Source of the DNA: the human T2T-CHM13v2.0 reference genome, Homo sapiens
Assembly (NCBI RefSeq): GCF_009914755.1
Contig: NC_060926.1
Length of the DNA: 64,000 nucleotides
Direction: 5' to 3' (one strand)
Positions 52,808 to 64,000 of the stretch are shown here, piece after piece. The position numbers and the translations under genes are program-made. The notes below the pieces were generated by a model that was not told where the DNA came from, did no database searches, and was given only the letters and a program-made list of their open reading frames with translations. Position 1 is the first letter of the stretch. Every line of letters begins with the position of its first letter.

Positions 52808-54113
52808 CAGAGTGGAAAGGAAAAAGGCCCACAACAATATTACTTGACTTTGTAAGTCATTATGTTAAAATTCATAGGGCTAATGAGGATTTAACAGATG
52901 AGCACAAAAGTACTAGAAGGTACCTATTTTTCACACTTGTTTTAGTATTTTAAATATTGATGCTAATAAACTGTGTATTTGTTATTTTGTGAATATCACA
53001 GAAGAAAAATGATCTCCATAAGGAAAATAAATTCAAGTTTAATATCCTACTTCAAGGAAAGCTTTTATATATTTATTTGATACTTATGATTGGTGTTAAC
53101 CCTAATCAGAGTATAACTTCCCATAGAAAACCTCTAGTGATATAATTTACCCATAAAAATTAGCAGCCCTATGGAATGTTGCAATGATATTAAACAGGAA
53201 AAGTAGAATATTTTAATAACAACAAAAGTATTCTACCTTTAAAATAATAATAAAAAATTAACACAGCCTCATAAATTTCACTTTGTGGAAGATAGAACAA
53301 AAAATATACTATTTTTGCATAGGAATGAAGAACATATTTAAATATTCTCAATCAGGTGACCTTTTGTTTCACTGCATGATATTTGTCCTTGTTAAGCTCT
53401 GGTGCCAAAAGATTATTGCATTTTAAAGCCATTTCAAGGCTAAAATATTCAGAATTTCTACTTCATAAAAACGTAAATTTGCATAAAGTGATTTATACTC
53501 TTAGAACACAACGAGCATGAAACTAGATTTTTCTTATTAAAGTATGACTTGTGAATGTCAGATCAGAAGTGTATATTTTGATTATTATTTTTATAGGAAT
53601 ATAATGAGAGTTCACTAGGCAGTTCATATATTTAAGAATATCTGGCCAATCCTAGACCAATTAAAATCATCTTGCTTTGTTCTTCAGACATGAGCAAGAA
53701 AAAAATAATGGAAAAACAGACTTTAAAATGAGCTCTTAAAACATAATGTTGTAAAAAAAAACAACAGTGAAATACTGTTTAATTAAGAATAGATAGTATA
53801 ATCTCCAAAGTGTTTATGCTTGAAAAGTTAATTGTATAAATTTGAAACACTTTATTATTATTATTATTATTTGTTTTGTTTTAAAAGGTAAGTAGTTTAT
53901 ATAAGAGGTACATTGTTTATTGTTGTTCATGGCACATACTGAAAAGAACTTAAACTACAGGCCTAAACTTATTGAAGGGCATGACATTCAGTGTATACTC
54001 CTTACTTGGAGATTTCTGTCACTGCAGGCTATAGCTCATTCTGTACAGTGTTTTCTCATTAAGCCATGTGAAAGGGGCTTAATGAACAAATCTCATTACT
54101 TTTATTTTAATAA

Positions 54114-54446
<333 letters not shown>

Positions 54447-55799
54447 AAATCTCACTAATTTTATAATGCTGTGTCTAGAAGACCACAGCTAAAGATCAAT
54501 GGAGACCAGGTACTGCAAAGGCTCAAACAGCTAGCACATCTTATCTGAAGAATTATATCTGAATCAGTTGGGAATTGACTCTTGTTCTATACCTTTCTAT
54601 CAACAACCTTACCCTTACCCCCAGTGCCAGCTTTGAAGGAGAATTTTCTATAGCTTCTGATGTGTGTGCCTACCCTTGCCCAAATTTTCTTATTCTAATG
54701 AGCTGATGCAATAAATATATTGTTGCCTTCTCTCCAGCCCATTTTCAATGCCCCACCTTGGTCTATGACTACTTTCCACATATTTTCTCATTTATTGGTA
54801 TCCGCGTATTCATTTCAATGCCTTGGAGTGAGGATAACCCAGCTGTCTGGCATGAATTTGGAGGGTTCAAGTTCATATATTTTTTCTTTTTAAATAAGTT
54901 GATTTCTACTTTATGTCAAGGCTGAAGACCCCAGTAAAGTCATAAGGTTACCAAGAGCACACACAAAGCAAAACACGGTAAATGTGTTCTTTGGTCCATT
55001 CTTCGAGGTCAATACTCACACAAGGTCAATACCTAAAGTTAAAATAAACTAACTCATGCTGAAGAGGCCAATGGTTGAGAATAAAGAGAAGATATTACTT
55101 CTTCCAGAATCCTTCACATTTTAATATAAGATTTCTAGACACAAAATGCCTTGAGCCAATTAATGAATTTCTAAAAGTGAAATTCCAGGCACAATGTGAA
55201 GCTGATGGAAAGGTAGTTTGAGACTGGGATGGAGAGGTACTGGATAATTGTCACATCTTATATAAGTATAGGTATGTGTTTGCCTCCTACTGTTTTGTGC
55301 CAGTCCAGCCCTGCCTCTATGAAGCATTTCATGTGGCTATCAGATATATTTACCCACTTTTCCCTCTAGTTTTGCTTTTAATTTATATAATACTACTACT
55401 TATTTTCTCTCTCATGACTTTTATGTATGTATTTTGAGATACATTTTCAGTCTTTTAACAAAGTAGAATATGCCCACACAATTAGTTGAATATTAATTCT
55501 ATTTTGGTCCACCCTATCAGGCAGCTGTTCAATAAAAAGAAAAATTGTGCATGCATGTTTGTAGCCTCCTATTGCAGCTGTGAATGAAAGGAGTTTGCCT
55601 ACTAGGCAAGGCAGCTGTATGAAGAGCTTGGGTCTCATCTCAGTGTACGAGGAAGTAATTAATTATAAAATCAGATTATCATTTGTTATAACCATTAAGA
55701 TGTCTGTACATCTGATCCAACTGTCCTCTCTATTCTGGCAGTTATCCTAACTCCTTTTTCAGCAAAGCTTCACGTTTCAGTTATTTTAACAGTTTAGGG

Positions 55800-55985
55800 C
55801 ATTGTTCCTAACTTTGACCTGCATCAGAGTCACCTGGAGGACTTGTTAAAATACAGTTCTGGCCCTTGCCTTGGAGTTTCTCATTCAGTAGCTCTAGGGT
55901 GAGTTCCCTAAAAAATGATGGTTCCTATCCTTTCCCAGGTGATGCTGAGGCTGTTGGTCCAGGGATTACACTTAAGAAATAAGCA
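55800..55985. mobile_element. MER5A (hAT-Charlie)
   Basis: TGCATCAGAGTCACCTGGAGGACTTGTTAAAATACAG...TTCCCAGGTGATGCTGAGGCTGTTGGTCCAGGGATTACAC. Confidence 0.85.
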
Positions 55986-56329
55986 GTAAGAATTAAACTT
56001 AAGACCTAGTTTCTTGATTCTTGCTAGAACTTCTTTCTAGCAACTTCCTTCAATTTTCTGGTAGCTTGTCATGTCAATAATCAGCTGAAATGTTTTTTTT
56101 TTTTTTTTTGTATTTGTTTTTGCTTTCATGCTACAGAATTTTATTTAAAAAAACTAAAATCTGTGTGACATAGCCCTTTAAAATCTTAGGTTAATTGAGT
56201 TCTCTAGGCTTTTACAGCTGCTCTATAATCTGATTTCCCTCTTTGCTTTCCTATTTGACTACCTGTCATTCTTCTTCTGATATCCCTCCATAAATATATA
56301 TCTGGCTCCTGAATACACATTTAGATAGT

Positions 56330-56500
56330 TCATTCTTCCATTTGATTATTCAAAAACTATTTTTTGAGCACCTACCCAATGGAGATAAAGAGAATACAAA
56401 TAAATAGTGTTGCTGTCATAAAGGGGTTTGCGTTCTATTTGAGGACAAAGTCTAAAAAATTAGTAGTTTAATATAACATTAGGTATGTGTGGGAAAGAAA
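56330..56500 (-). mobile_element. L2 3' end
   Basis: TTCAAAAACTATTTTTTGAGCACCTAC...GCTGTCATAAAGGGGTTTGCGTTCTA. Confidence 0.55.
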
Positions 56501-56789
56501 ACCAAAGCAGAGGAAATTGATGTTTTTTGATATGCATATAATCATACATTTTATTTTTTTCCAAATGAATTTTTCTTATTTGCATTACTGGGTACCATGA
56601 TTATCTTGTCATCTAACTCTCCTCTTTCCCTCACAACTTTCTTCCCATCCCAAACATTTCCCACACTCAATCAGTCAGCAGGTAACTTTGAATTCCACAA
56701 AACTATTTCAATCTGTAGTTGTATTACAATCATTTTAGGTCAGCTTTTAAAAAATATTTTACCAGGAACAGTTTAATATCTAACTTTAA

Positions 56790-56990
56790 TACCACAACTT
56801 TCTGTAAGACACACTTACCGAAAACACTTTCAAGTCAGACCATGGTACTAATCCAACAACACATTTACTCAGTGAGGGAAGCACTTTTATTATTCCCATT
56901 TAGAAATAAGGAGACTAAGGTATTTTACAAAGCCAGAAATTTGAATCTAGGTATCCAGAGTCCAGAACCTGAGCTTTTGACAATAGAATG
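56790..56990 (-). mobile_element. MIR
   Basis: TTATTATTCCCATTTAGAAATAAGGAGACTAAGG...GAAATTTGAATCTAGG...GAGTCCAGAACCTGAGC. Confidence 0.6.
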
Positions 56991-59009
56991 ATAGTGTGGT
57001 ATTAACTGTGATTGAAAGAAGGAGATATCAAGTGCTATGTCAGCAAATAACAGAACAATTAACTCTGCCCAGAGGATCTCAAAAAGCTTTATCCAAGATG
57101 GGTCACCCCGGGTGGGTATGGTGTCACCTGCAGTTTGAGCATACCTTTACATTAAAAAGTCCATAAGGGCAACTCTCTTCCTGTATATATTTTAATCCTT
57201 CTAGAGCATAAATTTCACACTGTGTGTGTGATAATTTATTAAAGAGTTGATTGATTAATTTAGTTTCAAGAATATCTAAATAGGATAAAGCTTTATGTAC
57301 TATGGTGAGGAATGCGCTCCATGCATTTTAAGAGAAGGTTAGAGCAGGTTTCGAATTACAATGATAACAAGGATGAATAGATTTGACCTACTACCCAGCA
57401 TCTTCCATAAATTTTCACTCTCCATTGCCTGTAAGCTCACAGAGAGTGAACAGGTAAGCCTAGCTATTACAATGGTAAGAAGAGCCAAAGAGAAAGTCAA
57501 AGCAGACATGAGCTGGGCCTGACAGTTATTTGGCCTATGAAATGCTTTAAAGAATAAAGGAATCAACATTTTAAAATCCTGTCTAAAAAAAACCCCATAC
57601 TTTATTTTTGCCTGCTTTTTGGAAACTGTCAAGGCACTGCCACCTTTAAAACATGGCAACAGCTGTGCCAACTTTGATAGAGTTTGATTCACATTTTTAC
57701 TCTCATTTTTAACTTAAAGAACACATCTGTTAAGATATGAGTCTTATGCCTGTGCTTCAATCAAGTTGCACCATTTTTCTCTCTCAGCTTATATGCATAA
57801 CGATATGGAGACAGCTGAAAAGACACGCCAGGTGACACTTCCATTGTTTTGAAGGATCATTCCTGCGACCAGCCTCCCATGTCATAATGGTCATATTCCA
57901 TGAGTGAATCTATGTGATAAATAACACCTTAGAGCTTTTCCAAATCGTCATTTCTTATGAAATATATTTGAGATATAGGTATACTTTTTTTCTATCTCAA
58001 CAAACCTCTAGTGACTAAATTTAATAAATAAACCATATCCAATTAGGTAAGTTTACTGAAAGGCTAACTTAAAATCTTTTTCTAGACAGTGATGCCAGTT
58101 GGCATTTATGCTACGGCCAAACAAATAAAAAGTCTGTGAGGCAGTAAAGATGATGTTTTGGTGGGAACTGGGGGAACTTCGCTATCTATGAATGTGTATT
58201 GCCCAGACTTATCTTAAATAATGGTATTATAGGGGAGATTAAAACCTATACTTTGGCCAATTACATAAAAATATAAACATATTTTTGTTTTCAAGTATGT
58301 AACTTCCAGTGCTGTTGGGACCAGGAATGGGTTATTTTTCATATCTTCTCATGGTACATTTTGTCCTCCTCATAAGAAGAATTGCCTTTCTCCTATGACA
58401 AGGAAAGAGAAACATGAGCACTCAGCCAAAATTTCTCAAGTTGACAGCAAGTATGACTTTTATGGGTGCTACCAGAATATGATCTATTCACTTGTAGCAG
58501 CTAGAAAAGATTTTGTAATTCAACCAGATTGTGAAAGGTCACCCTTACTCAGATGAAATAGATGAGGGGAATCTGCATGCGCTTTGTGGGTGCATTGTAA
58601 GTCGCATATATCTGGCCATGTGAATACTGCTTCCCATGGAGAGTGGTCAGACTGCTGTATTCATCCATTGCTGATGCATGAATGAGGATCCCCAAATTAA
58701 AAAAACAAAAACCAACAGACTGTCTAGTCTAATCCTTTCATTTTTTTAAATAAAGAAATTCTGATTTTTAGAGGTTGTTTTTTTTTTCCAAATACTATAT
58801 TAGAATTAGGTTAAGAAGTGAGTAGCAAAGCCCAGCATTTCTAATTTCTTTAAAAATCTTTCCACTATATATTCAATAATATATATTTATAGTCTATAAA
58901 TATGGTAATTGGACAGTAAATAAAATGAGGAAGACATATTTTTACCTTTCTCTATCAAGAGAATGGGATAAAACGTGAATGACATATATTCTACACTGTC
59001 AAACAGGCT

Positions 59010-59270
59010 AACATTAGCTGAATTTTATCAAGTATTTATGTGCCAGGCCCTGTTCTAACTTCCTCACATACATTTATCCATTTATTTCTCACAATAATCC
59101 ACTGAGAGAAGTAATATCATTAACATTTGTTACATTAAAAGATTAAAACACACACACACACACACACACACAGAGATAAAGTAACGTGCCCAAGACTACA
59201 TAGCTTGAAAGTGATGTCCAAGATAAAAACTTCAGAGTTTTCATCTTAGTAGCTATGTAATACTCTCCTA
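59010..59270 (-). mobile_element. MIR containing a (CA)12 microsatellite (59149-59172)
   Basis: TATGTGCCAGGCCCTGTTCTAA...CTCACAATAATCC...AAGTAACGTGCCCAAGACTACATAGCT. Confidence 0.75.
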
Positions 59271-59644
59271 GTGACTTTGAAATAGATACCAAGAGAGGCA
59301 TTTCTTTCATTCAAAATCTGTAGCATTGCCCATTGGCTGAAGGTAGCTGTCTGTTTTAGAAGTCTCAGTTAGATTATCCATACTGGTACTTGTTTCAGTA
59401 TTTTGACTTATTATTCCACTCTTGGTGAATGTTGATTGAGTGGTTAATGTCTTGTTTTATCACTACTTACAAGACAGAAGTTAACAGATTACAAATACAT
59501 ATTGACATTTAACATTTATTTAATCACTCATTCATTTACTACATAATTATTTACTAAGTCTTTATCATCTCTAAGGATCAGTTCTAGTCCATGAACAAAA
59601 ATAGAGATTGCTCTTGTCTTAAGGAGCTGGAGAGAGGGGATATT

Positions 59645-60495
59645 TTGTTTGGTTTACTTTAAAAACAATTTACATAGAATAAACGCTCCCTTTTTGGTGC
59701 AAAAGTCTGTGAGTCTGACAAATGCACAGAGTTGTGTTACTATCAAGATAATTAGGTCGTGTAACAGTTCCATTACTCCCAACAATTATCTTGTGCTGTC
59801 CCTTTGCCATCAACCATTCTACTACCTCCAACCCTTGCAAACACTGACCTATTCATTCTTCCAGTTTTGCCTTTTCTAGAATGTCATACAAATAGAATTA
59901 TACAGTATAGCAGCATTTTGATTCTGGCTTCTTTCACTTAGCTTAATGCATTTTGTATTTGCTGTGTGTATCAGTAGACTACTCCTTTCTTTGCTGAGTA
60001 ATATTCCAAACTATGGATGTACCATAGTTCATTTATCTGTTGATCAGTTGATGGACATTTGGGACATTTCCAGTTTGAGGGTATTACAAATAAAGTTGAT
60101 ATAAACATTCACATACAGATATTGTGGTAACACAAGTTTAATTTCTCTTAGGTAAATGCCTAGAAGTCGGGTTCAGTGGAAAGCATAATTTTGACTTTAT
60201 ATAAGAAAGTGTCAACTATTTTCCAAAGTGGCTGTAACATTTTGCACTCTCCTCAGCAACATATGAGTTATAATTTCTTCATGCTCTCACAAACACTTGA
60301 TGTCAACATTTTCCCCCTAGCCATTATAATAAAAAGTGTAGTGGTATTTCACTGTGGTTTTAATTTGCAGTTTTTTAATGACTAACAATGTTGGAGCTTT
60401 TCATTCATATGCTTATTTTTCTATCCTTTTGCCTTCTTCAGTGAAGTGATGTTCAAATCTTTGCCTGTTTTTTACTGGATTGCTTTCTTATTGTT
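59645..60495 (-). mobile_element. Old L1M (L1MD/ME-type) 3' region
   Basis: TTTTGCCTTTTCTAGAATGTCATACAAATAGAATTATACAG...CTGGCTTCTTTCACTTAGC...GATGGACATTTGGG...TTCCAAAGTGGCTGTAACATTTTGCACTC. Confidence 0.85.
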
Positions 60496-60584
60496 GACAG
60501 ATCCACTTTTTCATTCCCTTACTCATCATTCTCATCACTGATAATGCCTAAGTTCTTGAATGACTCTCCCTCTTCTGTCCCTAC

Positions 60585-60692
60585 CCTTGACCAATCCTCA
60601 AAATCACCTAGAGAACTTGTTAAACAGTTTCCAGGCCCTATAACCCAGAGTTTCTAAATCAGAATCTTAAGAGGGTAAGACCTAGAACCTAA
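60585..60692. mobile_element. MER5-family fragment
   Basis: AAATCACCTAGAGAACTTGTTAAAC...CCAGAGTTTCTAAATCAGAATCT. Confidence 0.6.
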
Positions 60693-60704
60693 AAATATCT
60701 CTCT

Positions 60705-60822
60705 ATATGGAGTTACAAATTAAGACCACAATGAGATATCACTGCCCATTTGTTAGAACAGTTAAAAGAATAATTTAAAAAATAATGACAATACTTAATT
60801 CTGGTGAGAATGTGGAGCAGCT
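60705..60822 (+). mobile_element. L1M ORF2 fragment
   Basis: CAAATTAAGACCACAATGAGATATCAC...CTGGTGAGAATGTGGAGCAGC. Confidence 0.7.
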
Positions 60823-62809
60823 TTACTGAAAGTTGGCCAAGCATCAATACATACATGTCTAACTCTTACTGATTTTATGTATCTCAGAACTTACTGATGA
60901 CTTCTGTTATATCCTATTACTAGAGTTATCTAGTCCCAGAACAATAGAAATAGAAAACATATAATACATTTACTCTCAAATTATTTCTATATACAAACAA
61001 ACACACATGCTTGTATTTAGAAAGGTGAAGGGGAGAAAGTTCCAAGACACAAACAATTTACTAAAAAAGTGGGACAACAACAAACATCTGTCTCTTATTC
61101 CAGAGCTGTTCATGATTTATCCTGTAAATGTCTCTCATTTTTAAAACTCTCATCCCTCAACTTCTTTCAAGCTTGTTTGTGCCTGTAGAAAGCCCATCAT
61201 ATTTATCTTCAATGTTTTACCCGCACAGTATTGTTTTGTTAAAACCCTAATCCATACTTCTCTCACCCTAAATTCTTCATGGTTTCTGGAGATCTTTCTT
61301 CACTTTTTTTTCTCTTTACCTGATCTCAAAACTACCTGATGCAATTAATTTCTATTGTGACAAGATTAAAGAGGTTTAATGCATTAGAGCTTGCAATAAA
61401 TATCTCATCATTACTCAAACTTGCTGAACACTGACCTTAACTTTTTTTCTATCCATTTTTCACTCTCTCCCACAACCTTTGAAAAATACTCATATTGTGT
61501 CCTTTTTAGGAAAAAAAAAAAACTCTGCAAGTTGCTTGTATATTTGTGGTTAATATTTGCATTTTAATGCATCTATATGGTGATCATATATGCGTGTATT
61601 CTACATGTGTATATTTCTTACATGGTAAGCTCCTAGAGGGCAGTGAATGGCATGCATAATGCAGCTCCTTAAGGTATTTCACATAAAACCAGTTGCAATT
61701 ATGCTTCTCATCAAAGTTATGAAGAAGGCTATAAAAGGATGAGTCATTAAAAATCAGTCAATATTTACTTCTTATGTTCATTAAGGCAAGAAATATAAAT
61801 TGAATAACCACTGCTAAACATATTGATGGTTGTAATTTAAGTAAATTTATGGACTAGACTATTGGAGGGCTTATATATTTAGTAATGATTTTCATCCTTG
61901 GCTCATTATATAAAACTTTAAATGATAAATGGCCCTAGAATACTTTCACAATTAAGTTGATACTGAGAAAATGATGAAAATGAGATAGCTGATATCTGGG
62001 GGTGAAGGAATTATGAAGGAATAATTTAAAAAGAAAAATTAGCTTTACCAGTATAAGCTTTACCTGAATTACTGAATTTAAACTTCAGAGCACATATTAA
62101 AACCAGGGGCCCAGCTAGTAATGGCAGGAGATAGATTTGTGTTGGGGATGGAATGGGGTGCAAGGCAAGTAAAATAAAGTTGTCTGTGTAAGATTTTTAT
62201 TAGAGATGATATGCCTGGGACTCATGACCTAGAAAGAAATCAGTCTTGATGCCAAGGGCAGCCCTTGGTTATGTTAGTTATTTTGAAATTGGGGCTGGTT
62301 GTTCTAACTGTTTAGTACCAAGCAGTGTCACTGAAGTACTTTAGCTTTTCCCAGCCACAATTTATTAGATATTTGAAATCCAAATGTTCCTCAGTCCCGT
62401 TGCAACCTATTTTTATCTCAGCTGATGTCGCAATTTTGTTCTTATAGACCTGTCAAAGACATTTTTTAAGGTTGTAGCATACTTTCAAGTTCTTCATGTT
62501 ATTTCTTATACCCTTACATATTTTTACTCTGAATTATATACTTTTAAGTGTTTGTCATATGTGTGATTTTTACAAATCTTCACACAAGTCTTCTGTTTAT
62601 TATGTTTCTGTGTTAACTTTCCTCATTATATAATATGATATAGCTTTCTTTCTTCTTGTGTGTGTGTAATGAGATAAATGTGCATGTGAAAGAGACAGAG
62701 ATAAACAATCAAATCATTGGAATAGTTTGGATTCTCATGTTATTGCTGAACTCAATATATCTGGTAAAAACAGATATATTTAGAGAAAGGTTGATTTTAC
62801 TTATTTATT

Positions 62810-63016
62810 TTTTTTTTTTTTATTATACTCTAAGTTTTAGGGTACATGTGCACATTGTGCAGGTTAGTTACATATGTATACATGTGCCATGCTGGTGCGC
62901 TGCACCCACTAATGTGTCATCTAGCATTAGGTATATCTCCCAATGCTATCCCTCCCCCCTCCCCCGACCCCACCACAGTCCCCAGAGTGTGATATTCCCC
63001 TTCCTGTGTCCATGTG
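62810..63016 (-). mobile_element. L1HS-Ta, 5'-truncated (~207 bp including tail)
   Basis: Reverse complement has GCTAGATGAC-ACA-TTAGTGGG and AAAACTTA-G-AGTATAAT (both Ta diagnostics); perfect 18-bp TSD TGATTTTACTTATTTATT (62792-62809 / 63017-63034). Confidence 0.97.
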
Positions 63017-63062
63017 TGATTTTACTTATTTATTGATAAGATTCTCTTAATGTATTGAAGAG

Positions 63063-63139
63063 AAAAAAATGACATATTGTCAACTAAAAAAAAAATGACA
63101 TATTGTCATTTCTAAAAAAAAAATGACATATTGTCAACT
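63063..63139. repeat. Three tandem copies of A-run + TGACATATTGTCA
   Basis: Core at 63070-63082, 63096-63108 and 63124-63136. Confidence 0.95.
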
Positions 63140-63197
63140 CCTCTTCCCATTTCCCGCAGCTGCCTTTCCAAACTCTCTACGTCCATTGTTCAACATC

Positions 63198-63621
63198 TGA
63201 TTCAGTTTGAATTGTGCCCCTGATTTTATGTGTTGAAATGCTAATCCCCAGTCTCTCAGAATCTGATCTTATTTGGAACTAGAGTTACTGAAGAAGTAGT
63301 TAGGATGAGGTCATAGTGGAGTAGAATGGGCCCCTAATCCCATATGTCTGGTGTCTTCATAAAAGAATGTGAGGAAAAGAAACAGACACATGCATAGGGA
63401 GAATGCCCCACACAGACTGGAGTCATGCTACTACAAGACAAGGAACTACCAGAAACCAGGAGGAGACTTTGAACATATCCTTCCCTAGCCCCTTCTGAGG
63501 GAGCATGGCCCTGCCAACGCCTTGATCTCAACTTCTAGCCTCCAGAACCATGAGACATTAAAGTTTCTGAAGCCACTCAGTTAGTGATACTTGGTTACAG
63601 TGGCCCTAGCAAAGGAATAGA
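63198..63621 (+). mobile_element. MLT1B/C MaLR LTR
   Basis: TTGAATTGTGCCCC...GGATGAGGTCATAGTGGAGTAG...GAGGGAGCATGGCCCTGCCAAC...CTTCTAGCCTCCAGAAC...GTTACAGTGGCCCTAGCAAA. Confidence 0.88.
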
Positions 63622-63669
63622 GCATGTAACCAAGATTCCTACAGAAGTCAACAGGTAGAAACCAACTCA

Positions 63670-64000
63670 TCTACTTCCCCTTTTCCTGGCTATAAAAACA
63701 TCTATAGCTTCACCTGTTTTTTCTTCCTGTTTGAGTGTATGTGTTAATCCCTCTATCCCATGCAAACCTATCCACCAATGCTCTTGATCCCATCTTTGCC
63801 ATCATTTCTATTCCCTGCCTGTTATATAATTCTTTGAATTATATATCATCAATTTCTTAACCTGTGTTAAACCACATCCCTCGGCTCCTAACCATGCTCA
63901 AGTTTTTCCATATTTAGAAGCTGGAGAGAGTGACGAATACTTGCTGCTTCCTCTTTCTTTGCACTTAAATCTGGTTTTCATCCTTCTTACCTACGGAACT
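63670..64000 (+). mobile_element. Possible L2 fragment
   Basis: Pyrimidine-rich L2-like text, e.g. TCCACCAATGCTCTTGATCCCATC. Confidence 0.4.

Noticed and set aside
57339-57692. 117-aa minus-strand ORF
   Set aside because: Non-ATG start, no recognisable protein family and no supporting exon structure
63063-63139. Palindromic direct repeats superficially like a CRISPR array
   Set aside because: Separated only by short A-runs, no unique spacers, no cas genes, human DNA

Overview
This is AT-rich, CpG-depleted human genomic DNA, most likely intergenic or deep intronic. The human assignment rests on a 5'-truncated L1HS-Ta insertion (62810-63016) with both Ta diagnostic positions and a perfect 18-bp target-site duplication (TSD). 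I can support no protein-coding exon, functional RNA gene, CpG island or CRISPR array. The supplied ORFs are repeat-derived or look like chance ORFs; the only clear protein homology is broken L1 ORF2p (46754-47101, 47722-48093). The window is a layered record of transposable elements: nine Alu elements, several L1s, LTRs (THE1, MLT1, MER4, MER41), an ERV1 internal fragment, DNA transposons (MER2, MER3, MER5A, MER20, MER91), MIR/L2 relics and simple repeats. The observations most worth following up are: the possibly polymorphic L1HS-Ta; an unassigned ~100-bp inverted repeat with a 23-bp minisatellite spacer and a later Alu insertion (35996-36758); a decayed full-length tRNA-Glu-like copy at the ERV fragment; a MER41 LTR with an intact GAS motif; candidate enhancer motif clusters; and recursive-splice-like AG|GTRAG sites. 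I found no convincing new multi-gene biological system. Subfamily calls come from recalled consensus sequences and need RepeatMasker/Dfam confirmation; boundaries of old elements are approximate.
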